Under the pieces are notes generated by a model. It was not told the DNA's origin. It searched no databases and saw only the letters and a program-made list of their open reading frames with translations. 64,000 bases of DNA from Chrysemys picta bellii (Eukaryota). Made by a program: the position numbers and the translations under genes. The DNA is taken from contig NC_088794.1 of NCBI RefSeq assembly GCF_011386835.1, positions 26,660,001-26,724,000 of the forward strand. Direction: 5' to 3'. Positions 1 to 38,508 of the stretch are shown here, piece by piece (position 1 is the stretch's first letter; every line of letters starts with the position of its first letter).

Positions 1-149
1 TTAACACACACACCTCCCCAGAGCCACATTCCACACACAGAAGAGAGGCAAGTCCTGCCAGCTAACACCCACCTGTAAAGGGAGGGGATGATAGGATGTA
101 CCACCCCACCACCATTATCAGGCACTGCGTCATGCCCAGAGCCAGCTTA

Positions 150-16490
<16,341 letters not shown>

Positions 16491-17549
16491 GGCGGGGGAG
16501 GGGCGGCCGAAGAGACACAGAGAGCGAGGCCCGCGCAGCCCTGACCGCCGCCTCCCGCACCAGCGAGATACCACCGCCAGAGCGCCGCCGCCGCGCGGGG
16601 CACCACGGGACGGCTACCAGGAGGACCCGCGCGCGCGCCGAGTGGGGCCCGGATGAAGATGAAGAGGACGCTCTGGCCCGCCTGGAGGACCCGCTACGAG
16701 CATAAGAGTCGGCAGGCGGGCGAGTGAGGAGGGGGGTGTGTGCTGCAGAGCAACTCCTCGCTCCCCCGTTTGTGGATGGCACCATGCCCCCACCCCCCGT
16801 TACTCCCCATGGGTGGCGTCGTGCTCCTCTCCCCACCCCCGGCACCCTCTGTGGGTGGCATCGTGTCCCTCGCGCTGCCCCCCATCTGCATGAAACCCAC
16901 TGTGGGTGGCTCGCTGCCCTATCCCTCCCGCCATGCCCATGCTGGTAGCACCATGGCTGCCATCTCTGCTGCTTTGCCCTGCGATGCCCCTGGTGGAAGG
17001 GGCCGTGCCTGCTCTGTCAGCCCCATGGCCGCCTGCCTCAGTTTCCCCACCACAATGGCCCCTTGTGTTCCCCTCCTGCTGCCTCTCCCTGTGTCTCTGC
17101 CGGCCCAGGGAGCGGGGCTGTGGTTTTACACCGAGTACCAGGCTTGGCCTTTGGGTTGGGGGCATGGCAGGCAATAGAGGTACGCCAGTCTCACTGGAGC
17201 ACTGAGCAGGGCCAGGTGGGCGTATCCCTGGGATCACTCTTCCCTGCCTCTCGGCAACGTCCCCTTCCTGGCGCCAGCAGAGTTTGGACTTAGGTTGAAG
17301 TCCGTAGCCCCGCAGGCAGGATTCAGCCTGTTCGCAATCCCACAGGGCTGTTTTGCTGTCCTGTTCAGTATCCTGCTCCCTCCCTGTCTGGCTGGAGTGA
17401 GACAGACATTCCCCCAGACTCACCCCCAGAGCTATATATCCTATCTGACCCCCGATCTCTTGCCCCAGGTGAGGGCAGCTCTGCTAGGAGGAATCGGGCC
17501 CCTTCTTGCTGGGATTCGCTCTGCCCACAGGGGTGCCTCAATCCCCCCC

Positions 17550-26894
<9,345 letters not shown>

Positions 26895-27211
26895 AGTGCA
26901 TGACTCTGCCACCTCCCGCTGCTCCTGGGCACCTCCCTCACTTTATCCTCCTCCCCCCGCAAGTCCCTGGGGCCCTTCTGTGCTGACTTGCACACCCTTT
27001 GTAGGCAAGACAAGGAGAAGTGATGTTTATGGGAGTCCTGGCAAGAGCTGGCTCAATGCTCCTGGATCTGCCCAAACCAGGATCTCATTGGCAGGAATGG
27101 GGGCCAGCAGGGAGACTAGGGTCATCCCTGTGCCCACTGTTCACTGGGTAGCAGGCCCACTGTCCCTCCCAGTTCATCCCTGCTACTGGGTGCTCTGAGC
27201 GCGGTGGCTAT

Positions 27212-27217
27212 AATAAA
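27212..27217 (+). terminator. Likely TKFC polyadenylation signal
   Basis: AATAAA about 320 nt after the TKFC stop. Confidence 0.6.
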
Positions 27218-30200
27218 GAGCTCTGCTCCAGAGGTCATGGCCCGTTCCTTTCTGTAGCAGCAGTGCCTGCCTGCCGCCTCGTTCTCACAGCACAGAACAG
27301 CTCCCCGCCCGGGGTGTTTCTGGCTTTGGAGTTGCTGTGCCTTCTCCCCCTGCCCCCACCCCCAGAGAATCTCCGAGCACCTCGTTCCAGCTGTTGGTGA
27401 ATGAATTGTCCCCACCCCAGGAAGCGGGGTCAGGTAAGGTCCAGATTCTCTATTGCATGGAGGGGGAAACTGAAGCACCCAGCGCTGACAGTCATACGGT
27501 GAGTCAATGCAAAGCTGGCACTAGCTCCGAGCTCCAGAGCTGAGGTTTCAGCCCTGGCCCATGCCTCCTCATACAGTGCACCTGGGAGTGCCCAGTTACC
27601 AGGGCCCTGTGCTACAAGAGGGGACAGGGCAACCACTGAACTGAGCAGCAGAGTTTCCAGTGGAGCACAGGAAAGCCATTGGTGGTGGGGCTGTGCTCAT
27701 CTGCCTCCCCTACCCTGGCACAGAGAGCCATAGCTGAGCTGTGGCAAGACCCTGACTAGAGCACCCCAGGCCCCTTGTTACCAGGAAGCTGGTGACAGAT
27801 GGGAGGAAGGGGGTGGCACATGGAAAGATCTACATCTGTCTGAGTTGGCTAAGGGCTGCTGGGGCCCCACACACACATGCTCCAGCAGTTGTAACGGCTA
27901 CTTCACTGTAAGCACAACACCGGCTCCTGCCGCCTGATGGTGAATGGGCTCGAGCTCTTCCTGCTCTCCCGGCTGGGGTCTCCCCATGCAGCTTTCGGGC
28001 TGGGTAGTACAGAGGAGGGATCTTTCTTCCTCTGTGTTCTCCACCTCCTCCTAGCAGGGGTCTCCTCTCTCTGTGCTTGCAGGCTGCTCCTAGGCTGGGG
28101 ACCCCGCCCCACTCTTTGATTCCCCCTTCCTGTGGGGAGAGAGCCAGGCTCCCCTGGTATGTTTGCTCAGCGCTGCCTGTGCTGTGAGGGAGCTCCCCTA
28201 GAATGTCAGGGCTATGAATTCTCAGAGCAGCAACTCAGCAGGTCTGGGGAGGGGAAGGGATGTGGAGGGGGGCAAGGTATGATGGGGGTGTCTCTGCATA
28301 TGCTGGGGCTGGGTAGAGAGGAGGGGGCAGGGGCTGTGAGTGGGAAGCACTGGGATGAAAGAGCAGAATGCAGCCATGGCTCAGCTTTGTAGTGAGATCC
28401 AGTGGGCTAGGGAAGCCAACTCCCTACACTAGCTGAGTTCAGCCCCTGCAGAGGAGCACCCAGGGTCAGTCTTGCCCTGGCAGGGACAGGTGACTGGGGG
28501 GGCTCATTGTTCCCCACCATGACTACACCCTCTGTCAGCCCCTCAGGGCTACTATGCAGACATTTTATGCTACATAGCTCCTTTGCTGGGGTTTTATTTA
28601 TTCCTCAGCCCTAGCCTGTTACACCAGGTGTTTCAGGCTTTGCACCTCCTCAAAGAGTCTCGTTACCTGCCCTCTCTTAGGGCTCATGGTTACTTTAACT
28701 CCATGGCTCTGCCCTCCCCAGCTGAAGGGATCGTGCTGCTCCTCACAGCTTGGTATGGTTTAGGTCTGTCCTGCAGGGCCTAGCTTTGTGCGGAGGGACT
28801 AGCAGGCCCTTTTTCCTCTGGGTAGAGCCTTTCCCCAGGCTCTCTTCAAGCTCTCCCTGGGCTCCCCTTCTCCCCCCCCAGGTATAGTCCTGAGCAGGTG
28901 TCATTCCATCCCTCAGCAGGCAGCACCTGTTTGGTCTTCAGGGACACAGGACTTGCTTCATTTAAGGGGCCAGCCCCCTGAGATAAAGGGCCTGGAGCAG
29001 GGGGCTTCCCTATCTCACTGTCACTTGAATCAAGGGTGGGGAGGAAGAAGTGCTGAAGCCATGCAGAGGTCTCCTTCCACAGATCCTGAGCTGGTTATTC
29101 CAGCCCAATGTACCACCCTGAAAGCTGCCACTGGAGAAACTCACTCAGCCCATGTGCCCTGGGAGAGCAGGAGCTGGCACCAGCCCAGCTGCACAGGTCA
29201 CATAGCACTGCAGGAGGATTGCGCCAGGCCAAGGGCCATCCCCACTCCACCCCATCCAGCCAGCAAGGTTTGCAGGCTGCTATGGGATTATGAAACAGGG
29301 CGAGGCACTGCCAGCACGTGGTGTGCATTGTCATGAATCCAACCAGGCAAGGTCTGCTTCCTGGAGCATGGACCAGCACATGGAGGGACCAGCTGGATGT
29401 TGCCACAGGCAAACACTGCACCAGCTGGGGGAAGGGCCTGAGCTGAGCAGAGTCCAGGAACAGGCTGAAAGGGACCTAGGAGTGGCAGGGAGATTATCCT
29501 TTTCCTGGATCCTCCCACAGAAGGGAGATTGTGGCACTAGCTGTTACCTGCCAGAAGCAGCTCTTCCAGCTGCCAGCACAATTCATAGCTCCAGCTAAGC
29601 CATGACATGGCAGCATTGCTGGGGGCAGGAGGGGTTTGAGACATGAGCCCAGGTAACTAGCACAGGGGAAAGTGAGCAACCAATGTGCTAGAATTAGAGC
29701 AATGAGGAAATCCAGCTCTGGGCAGGGCTGCAATACACACACCCCTTCCTCTCTGCTGGAGAAGGGTTTGCAGCTGAGCACAGGGCATTTGAGGCAGAGG
29801 GCTAATTCATCAAGCCAACAGATCAGAGCACCCTGCCGGCACCAGCCAGTTCATGGAGTTGAATTGTTAAAAGGAGTATCTTCACCCCAGCAGCCTGCAG
29901 CACTAGGCTCTTTGTCCTGCCTTGCTCTGAGGAGCCGGATCGATAAGGGTGGCCTTACTCCCAGACTGTTAGAGCTTGGTGGGGGGAAATGTACCTGAAA
30001 GGCCAACCTCCCTATTACCTTTGCTCAGCTCCAGCCAGTTACTCCCAGCACTAAGCATATTGAGCAACAGCTGGTTTTTAGGAGGCTCGGTTTCCACCCT
30101 CCCCCAAGAAGACACCCCCTTGACTCCAATTCCAAAACAGTGCTATTTATTAAACAAAGGGTAGTACCACCACCGAGGCCCCAGCGTTTCAAAATAGCCT

Positions 30201-32227
30201 ATTCAGGTGTACAGTTTCCCAGCAAGACATCAGAAGTACCCCAGATATTAACATGGCTAATGCTAGAGCTAGGAGACAAAGCCCGGGGGAAGCCACACAC
30301 TTCAGCCAAGCTTATGAGAGAGAGAGAGACACACACACACACCGCAGGCTGGAAATACACTTCCCCGTTTGGAGCTTTAAGTCATGAACTCTTAGCAAGG
30401 ACTCAGCAGCCAGCTCCTTTCCCTGGAGTTAGGTAGATGTCCAGGCTACACCCCATGAGTTCTCTTTGCAACAGTCACTAATTCATTCCCGTAAGCCCCA
30501 GTACTCAATGGGATGATGCTGGATTGCATCCTGGGTACAGGGGCAGCTGCTCCAATTGCTCCCACTGTCTGCTTTGGCCTCTTTTTTCCCCTTCAGCCTA
30601 GGGCCACCTGATTTTTCAAGGTTGTCTACAGAGCTGGTTGGACATTTTCCACAAACAGTTTTCCATCAGAAAGAGCTGATTGACACAGTCAGTGCATTTT
30701 GGGGAATGCCTGGAGTTAGCTGGACATTTGGGGGAAATCATCCCTGTCAAACATTTCACTTCTAGATAACAAGCCAAACTGAAGCATTGCCCCATCAAAA
30801 GGTGTTGAGACCATCAAACTGAAATCCTCACCGTGCTGTGTGTCACACGGAGTCCCGCCACCGATTTAGCATCCCAGCTCAGAACAAAGCCAGAGATTTG
30901 GAAGTCTGAGAATTTCCCAGGGGACAGAAAACTCAAATTCCAACCAGCTGTAGCTGCATTCCACCTCTCCAGTAGCATGTACTGAGCCTCTGTGTGGATG
31001 CTATCAAACCCCCTGGGCTGGGCAGCTTCTCACATACAACAAATACATTTAATTGCCTCTCTCTGGAAACACTTCTAAGGAAGCCTCCAGTGTCTTCCTA
31101 AGATCTCAGTTTGAGCCATGTGGGCTCACTCCCAACCTACCGCAATAGCACACACCCAGAGAAGCAGAATGCACAGCCATAGAGGATAGGAAGGGCCACC
31201 CGTCCCACCCCCCTGCAATCAGTCATGGGGAAATATTCCCCATTGAGTCAACCATACTTCCTGTCTGCCCTTCTCTGGGGGGTCTGAACCCTTCCCACCA
31301 TGCCCCTGTCTGTTACACCATGTGGGGATGGGAGGGATTAATACCTGGAGAACAATTTAGCCCTAATCCTGTACATGAATCCTTAAACCAGAGTGAAGTA
31401 TCTGCTTCATGGGGACCCCACACCACCCCGGCAGATCCAGTGCCCAGAATGGACAGGATCTTGTCTCAAAGCTTCTGAGCAGCTTGTGGCAGATGCCACC
31501 AAAGGATGCGTAAGCTATGAGTCCATTTTCATTAGTGCTGGCTGGGTCAGGTACCAGACAGTGAGTGTCTGTTGTACAGCCCCCAAATTACATCATGCCA
31601 ATGGTAGCGTGTAGGCACTGGGAGGAGATACAGCTCACGGTGCCTGCCCGCGCTGAGCCGGGACCTGGGAGAGGCCAGCCAGGAAGACTGTGAATTGGCC
31701 AGGCACTAGAGAGCCTCCAGGCCCAACCACTTGGAAATTTTTGCTGGAGTGGCTTTCAGGGCTCAGCACAGCTGAGGCCAGAGCCAGACACCCCAGGTGA
31801 GGTAGGAAAGGCAGACCGGAGCCTGGTGTAGGACTGTGCAGGGTGGAGCTGTGATACAGCACCAGAGACGGCAATACAGCCTAGATCCAAACGGAGAGCT
31901 GCAGGTGAGTGGATTCTGAGCCTGAGCTGTTTTACTAGTTAGAGAAGCTCAGTACAGAGTTTATCTGTGGATCCTGGGCAGAGGAGTGAACAGCATGGCC
32001 CTGGACAGCTCCTCCCACCTTAGCATCCCCAGGGCAGTCAGGCACTGCAGCCGGACTCCCCAGCCCACCTGCACATCACAGCGATGCATGGACAACAGCT
32101 TCCTGCTCTGCAGCCCTCTCCTGGCAGGAGGAAATGTGACTGCTTCCTCCACTCAAAGAGCTGGGACAAGGGAGAGGGAGTATGACCAGGGCTGGAAGCA
32201 AACCCCATGGAGAGCAAATGCTCTGAG

Positions 32228-32351
32228 TAGGATGACCAGACAGCAAGTGTGAAAAATCAAGGCAGGGAGTGGGGGGTAATAGGAACCTATATAGGAAAAA
32301 GACCACAAAATCGGGACTGTCCCTATAAAATCAGGACATCTGGTCACCCTA
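32228..32351. mobile_element. Short hAT-type MITE (TIR TAGGGTGACCAGA, MER96/Tip100-like)
   Basis: TIRs and perfect 8-bp TSD GCTCTGAG (32220-32227 and 32352-32359). Confidence 0.9.
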
Positions 32352-32579
32352 GCTCTGAGCCCTAGCAGAGACTCTCCCAAGGTAGCAGGGGACAGCGCCA
32401 GAGAGCAGAAGTGGGTGCTAAGCTGGCAGTGGGAAAGGGAAGCTGGCTGGAGCTTGGCACACTGATGCCCCAGACGCATGCACGCTGCTACAGCTGAGCG
32501 GCCAGCACAGGCTCCTTACACACAACCAGCCCCTGCCTCCTGCAGAGCCGACGCCAGGGCAAGCGCCACAAAGCAGGCT

Positions 32580-32585
32580 TTTATT
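32580..32585 (-). terminator. Likely CYB561A3 polyadenylation signal
   Basis: TTTATT on plus (AATAAA on minus) about 330 nt after the stop. Confidence 0.55.
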
Positions 32586-32916
32586 TTAGTTCAGGCGACT
32601 TGATCTAGGCCGTAGCGTCAGCCAGGGCCCCTAAGGCACAGCAGCACAATGGCAAGAGGGGCCAAGGCTGCCTGGTGAATCCCAGGAAGAAGCAGCACAT
32701 GCAGGAACCCAGAGCAGAAGGCAGAGGAGTGGCAAGAGCCAGGGATCCGGGAGAGCAGCTGGGTGGTGAGGGAGCAAGGAGAGCACCTCCACCCCTCGGC
32801 TCCGTGCTGGCCAGGCTCCGGAGATGGCTCAGCGCCAACTGCAGGAGCACAAAGCTGCCCTTCTCACCGGAGAGTCTGGGCAGCGGCTCCTCCTCCAGGC
32901 AGCTGCTTCACTTGTC

Positions 32917-35116
32917 CTAATGGAGTAGGGGCTGCGGAGAGAGAGGCCATGAGCAAGGCACCCCCCTCGCCCAGCACTGAGTCGCTTCCAGCACCACATA
33001 TTGCTGCTCCACCAGGGTGGCTCCAAAACCGCCCTGGCCTTGGTGCCACCATCCTGTACTGGACATTCCTGTCTGATTGCTGCCCCCATCTGCCCCACTG
33101 GCTGAGCCGCCGGTTTCCTGGCTCGTCACATTAGCAGGTGTCTTCCCAGGCAGATCAGCGGCGAGTTGACTCGTTATTTCTTGCCCATGTTTCCAATCTC
33201 ATCTCCCACCCTTCCCCTACCACTCCTCCCCACACGCCGAACCCCTCAGCCCCACCCCCGCCACATATCACCTCCATATTGATGCACATAAAGGTAATTC
33301 CGCACATGGATGTAAAATATTTAGAGGGAACATTGCACCCACTCTTCCCCTCCCTCATCCGCCCTAAACCTGGCCTAACTGCAACACTCCACATGCCCAA
33401 CTCCTCCCCGATCCTCAACCCCACAACATCCCCTCCTGCCCACGCTGCTACTCCTCCACAGTGCCCATGTCCTGGGCCATCAGCAACGCGGACTTGGTAC
33501 CTGTCGGTCCTCCAGTGACTCTGACTCTGGGCGCTTCCAGGCCGGCGTGGCAAGAGCCCACAGCACCAGCAACCCAAAGACCAAGATCAGCATCCCCAGA
33601 GAATTGGCGAACCAGGCCTCAGGGGGGAGTTTAGCGTAGGGAACCGTCTTGTTCGTCCTGAGAGAGAAAAGATGGAGCCACCACTTTCATTCGGAGCCAG
33701 CACCAGTGCAAGCACCCTCGCCCCTTACGATCCCAGCTCCCTCTGGAGAGCCCCTGGAGGGGGAAACCCTGCCAGCACTCCCTCAGATGGGTGGGGAGGG
33801 GCCTCTCCCACTTCCTGGAGCATCTATCGGGCCCTGTGAGATCCAGCCATGCCTCAACCCATCTCCAGGGCAGGAGGTTCTAGCCCTTCCTTGGGCACCT
33901 TGCCCAGTCATCTTCACAACCCACTCCCACCCGTAACAGCAGCTCCCCATCCTCTTGAACAGTTACCTAGAGCTGGGGACGCTTCCCAAGTCTCCCCTTA
34001 GTTATCCTCTCTGCACCGAGCCTGCGCAGCCCTTAGATCTTCCTTTCTGGGGCTGTCACCATTCAGCCGCTTGCTGGCATCTCTCAGTCACACAGTGTGT
34101 ATGTGTGGTGGGGGGAGGTGACCCTACCCATGCTTGGGGTGACTCCAGAGCTCTGACTAACATAAGCCAAGAGTGGAAGACAGGGGTGGGTCACTGTGCT
34201 GTTCAGTGCACTCCCCCAAAGCTCTGGTATGGGCCACTGTCAGAGACAAGACACTGGGCAAGATGGACCCTGGTTTGGCCCAGCTCTTAGGAGTGGTGGG
34301 GGAAGCCCTAGGCCGAATGGAGGCCCACACACCCCACACCAGCTCTGGCACTCACAGGCTGAAGAAGAGCTTCTCGTTGATGCCGGAGATGGATGCTGCC
34401 ATGGCCAGCGCGAGGATGGTGGAGCCGAAGAAGACGTGAACAGGCTTGTAGATGATCCGCAGCCAGGCAGGGGACCAGGGTAACAGGAAGGCAGTGAACC
34501 CCATGAGCCACTAGGATGGGGGAACAGAGAAGAGTTTGGAGCACAGAGTGGATCAAGCCATGGCACAGGCAGCCAACAGCAAGAGGGGGAGCCAGGGCAG
34601 AGCTGGGCATCAGAGGGGGAGGCTGGGCACCCACCTGGCAAGAGAAGAACAGCACAGCTGCCAGCCCCAGCCAGCTGTGCAGCGAGTACATGTTGGGGGT
34701 GCCCTGGGCATTGTGGAACCCGAAGACGGCAACGAGCCCCAGCACGACCAGGACAAAGGCTGCTAGGGTCAGCGCCGCGTGCAGCAGCTTCCACGGGAGC
34801 TTGGGGCCCGCCCAGGAGCTGGGCACCCGGTACACCAGCACCGCTGCAGGGGAGAGAGGCCGGCACACTCAGAGCAACCCTTGTATCCACATCCCAGCCC
34901 CCGACGCACCCCCAGGGACAGCACCCACTTACCCGCCCCATACAGAACCAGCATGCCTGTCACCATGCAGATGGGGTGCCAGTTAAACATCTTGGTGGAG
35001 CCATCCCAGGCAAAGCCTCCGCGCCAGTGCTGGGACCAGAACCCTGTGAACACCACACACAGGAGCCCCAGGGTGCCCAGCAGGGCCGAGAAGGGCAAGA
35101 ACTGGAAGGTGGGCAT
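32917..35116 (-). CDS. CYB561A3: Cytochrome b561 family member A3 (lysosomal ascorbate-dependent cytochrome b561), 239 aa
   Basis: Motifs FNWHP, KLLHAAL, YSLHSWLG, KPVHVFFG and GINEKLFF. Exons: 34933-35116, 34635-34843, 34356-34510, 33501-33657, 32917-32931 (PLLH*). Total 720 nt. Acceptor at 35139 lies 23 nt upstream of the ATG. Confidence 0.95.
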
Positions 35117-35259
35117 CACTCCAGCAGCAGGGACTGCACCTGAGGGGGGAAATACCATGCCAGCCGATTGTACTGCCCAGCCTGTGCCCTGCTGCACTCT
35201 GAGCAAATCGCTGCCCCCCACGCCAGACCCTGCACAGCCCACTAGGCTCTGCTGCCTCT

Positions 35260-35830
35260 CGCCCACCCTCCCTCCCTGACCTGCCACCCCTCACCCGCCC
35301 TCCCTCCCTCTCCTCCGTAGGGCTCCGTCTGCCCCTCACTCGCCCACCTGTCTTCCCTCCACTGGGCTCTGGCCACCCTCGCCCACCCACTCAGCCTCCC
35401 TCCTCTCCAGCCACCCTTCACCCGCCGAACTCCGTCCACCCCTCACCCACTTGCCTGGCCTCCCTCCTCTCCAGCCACCCCTCACCCGCCCGGCCTCCCC
35501 TCCCTCCGCCGGGCTCTAGCCACCCCTCACCTGCCCGCCTTCCCTCTCTCGCTCCCTCCCCTCCACTGGGCTCCATCCGCTCCTCGCCCACCTGCCCTCC
35601 ACCGGTCTCCGGAGGCCCCTCGCCCGCTCCTCACCCGCCCACCCTCCCCGCCTGGCTCTGGACGCCCCTCACCCGCCCACCCTCCCCACCCAGCTCCAGC
35701 CGCCCCTCACCCTGCCTCTCCACTGGCCTCACTTTCCCTCCTTCCCTCTCCAGCAGCCCCTTGCCTGCCAGCCCTCCCTCCAACCTCCACCTGGCTCCAG
35801 CCGCTCCTCATCCGCCCTCCCTCACCTCCA
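35260..35830. repeat. C-rich degenerate tandem / low-complexity tract
   Basis: Recurrent CCCTCACCCGCCC, GCCACCCCTC and CTCCCTCCTCTCC units; almost no G-rich segments on the plus strand. Confidence 0.75.
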
Positions 35831-36969
35831 CCAACCTCTGCCAACTGCTGTCAGCCAATGCCCTCCTGTCTCAGAAGGCTGGTTATAGAACCAGGAGCAG
35901 GCGGAGCCCCAGAGTTAATCAGACCGGATCAACAGCTGCTTTAAGTGCAGCCTTAAGTAACAAGCTGCAGGTGGGCGGGGAGGAGCAGCCAACTGCCCTG
36001 AACCCAACCAGAACGGATCCTTCTGGTTGGGAGCTGGCAGGGAAAGTCTCCAGAGACAGAGATGATTTTAGATAATCAAACCTCTGCAGCTAGAGTTCAG
36101 AGGGCAAGAGAGGCCTCTGCCCACCCTGCAGCCTTCACTCCCCTTCCCCTGGAGGACAGCAGGGATCCCAGGTTCCCAAGTAGAGAAGAGCCCTGTTCTC
36201 CCCCCTCCTCCCCAAGGAGTCCCTGCCCTACAGCACTCACACTCTGAAGACCTGTGCTGAGCCAATCAAACCCAACAGCCAGGAGCTGGGCTTTGGGGAT
36301 GCTGTGCCCACACGCCAGCAACCAGCATGACACGGACCCAGCCCCCGCAGCACCGAAGGCTCTCCCACCAGCTGCCACGAGTATCCACAATGGGCTGGCC
36401 AGATCACCAGCTGGCACCAGAAGCACAAGTAGAGTCCAGCAGCCTTCCCACGTGGAAAACACAACCTGACCAGCCACAGAGAGGGAGCTATCTCCAGCCC
36501 AGGGGTTTCAGATCCTCCAAAACACCACCCACTCCCCCAGCGCCCAGAGAGAAAGGAAGGGCCCTCGTCACAGTCACCGAGCCTCCTGCCTGCCACCCTA
36601 GTGGCTGCACCTGTGCTTGGCACTTCCTGTGGGGAGGCAGCGGGTCATGAGACCCTCCCAACTTCTGCTTTCAGATCAGCACTGCACAGCCACTGGGAGG
36701 GGGAGGAGCACAGAGCTAAAGGCACCTGAGACCAACAGTAGAGAGCTCGGGGGAGGGACATCATACATGGGAGTGGGGCTGATCCCCCTGCCTCACTCAC
36801 CCAATGCTCAATCCTGCCCTGCAGCACCCCCTGCTATTCCCATCACAGGGCCCTCTCCAACTCTGCACCCTATTTCTGACAGTATCCAACTATGCTGTTC
36901 CTGTACCACCCCCTCCCCCACCAGAGATTGAGTCTTTAAAGCCAGAAGAGATTATTAGATCATCTAGTC

Positions 36970-37198
36970 CAGTGGTGCTCTCCAGTGGTTCTTTTGTACT
37001 GGTGACTCCTTTCACATAGCAAGCCTCTGAGTGCGACCCTCCCCCTTATAAATTAAAAACACTTTTAAATATATTTAACACCATTATAAATGCAGGAGGC
37101 AAAGCAGGGTTTGGGGTGGAGGCTGACAGCTCGCAACCCTCCATGTAATAACCTTGTGACCCCCTGAGGGGTCCCAACCCCCAGTTTGAGAACCCCTG
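36970..37198. mobile_element. hAT (Charlie-like) MITE inserted into a CR1 3'-end remnant
   Basis: Ends CAGTGGT...GAGAACCCCTG with perfect 8-bp TSD ATCTAGTC (36962-36969 and 37199-37206). The flanks rejoin as minus-strand CR1 tail sequence ...GATCATCTAGTCTGACCTCCTG. Confidence 0.8.
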
Positions 37199-38016
37199 AT
37201 CTAGTCTGACCTCCTGTGAAACACTGGGTGACCATTCTTGGGGCGACCAGGACTGAGTCACCTCCAGCTGCCAGCCACAGGGAGCCTTGCTTGTGCTTAG
37301 CTGGGTGATAGCCCCCTGACACCGCCAGCCTGTTAGCCACCAAAACCATCTCCGCTGGGCTAGGCCAGTCCTCACTTTGCCTTGCAAGTTAACAATCAGT
37401 GCACCCCGGGCCCCTTCGAAGCTTCCCCTATGATATCCAGCCTCTTCTCCACTGAACACCCACAGTAATACCAGCTCTACTGTCCCCACGGGAACTGCGC
37501 TCACACCAGCTCCGGATCAGCTCCTGGTCTAATACCACAGCACTGAGATATATTTACAGTGGAAATAAGGATGATAAACTACTCAAGATTCAAGAGATCA
37601 TGAGTAAGGATGATGGAAACAAAAGGGTTACATATAAAATAAAATCATAACACGATTCCTAGAGACTAAACTGAGCAGGCTAACCTTCCATCTAAAGACA
37701 TTATATCTCACCCAAACATCCTTCGCAGCGTTTCAGGCAAGGCTGTGATCCCGTTTTCGTGAAAGTAACTGCACTGCCCAATTACTTCCTAGGTGCAGGA
37801 CAAAGGGATGTCTTCCTTGCCTTCCCCAGAGTTCACTGTTTGTACCCCGAGTCAGCATAACCCCTGGGGCTTATTGTCCTGTGTTTTGCTATCCTGTCGT
37901 TGTCATAGCCCCCTGTTGACTCTGTGACGGTGGGTTTCCACTGTGTCAGCTTACACTGCTTGATTTAGACGTCAGCAGACAGGTGACTAGACATGCCTGT
38001 GTCCAACAGAAAAGCC

Positions 38017-38056
38017 AGACCTGAAGAAGAGCTCAGTGTAGCTCGAAAGCTTGTCT
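38017..38056 (+). ncRNA. Minimal type I hammerhead ribozyme motif (PLE-associated)
   Basis: Stem I AGAC/GTCT, core CUGAAGA(A), stem II GAGCT/AGCTC, GAAA, palindromic AGCU stem III, CUU triplet. Confidence 0.7.
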
Positions 38057-38085
38057 CTTTCACCAGCAGAAATTAATCAAATAAA

Positions 38086-38508
38086 TGGGTGGAAGTAAGC
38101 CGGTATGGACTGGTACGGCCTACCGGTAAAAAGTGGCTGCCGGTACTGGCTCGTAGCAGTAGACGTTAAAGCGCTGCCGCGGCAACACTTTAAGCAGGGT
38201 CCTTTGCCACGGCAGCGCTTTAACATCATTGCCCCTTTTGCCCCCCCGGGCTGCCGAGGGGGGGGGAGGGGCAAAAGGAGCAGCTGCCCTGGGACCAGCA
38301 ATTTAAAAGGTCCCAGGGCTCCGGCCGCTAGCACAGCAGCAGTGACCGGAGCCCCGGCCCTTTAAATCGCCGCTGGAGCCCTGGGCGGTGCGGGCCAGGC
38401 AGCATGGACCGGCTGGCTGGCTGGCGGACGCTGAACCGTAGCCCCTCCCCTTCCGCCCGAGGCACCGGCCCCCGTACTGGTAAGTGCTGAGTGTTACTTT
38501 CACCTCTG
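38086..38508. mobile_element. hAT-type MITE nested in the Penelope remnant
   Basis: Right end TTACTTTCACCTCTG, degenerate left end TGGGTGGAAGTAA, flanking CAAATAAA / CTAATAAA, internal inverted repeat 38162-38226. Confidence 0.65.

Noticed and set aside
27250-32500. Possible hidden gene between TKFC and CYB561A3 (isolated donor CAG|GTGAGT near 31906; several 60-130 aa ORFs)
   Set aside because: No consistent exon chain or recognisable domain; a lncRNA cannot be excluded without expression data.
35117-35158. Upstream in-frame ATG (MVFPP...) as the CYB561A3 start
   Set aside because: It lies upstream of a strong acceptor (TTTCCCCCCCTCAG at 35140), so it is probably intronic; the ATG at 35116 gives a first coding exon that fits the expected protein.
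36247-36253. Other CTGAAGA heptamers (here and at ~39273 on the minus strand) as hammerhead cores
   Set aside because: No downstream stem II plus GAAA arrangement.
37225-37930. Possible LTR-like repeat
   Set aside because: Composition is suggestive, but I could not define termini or a TSD.
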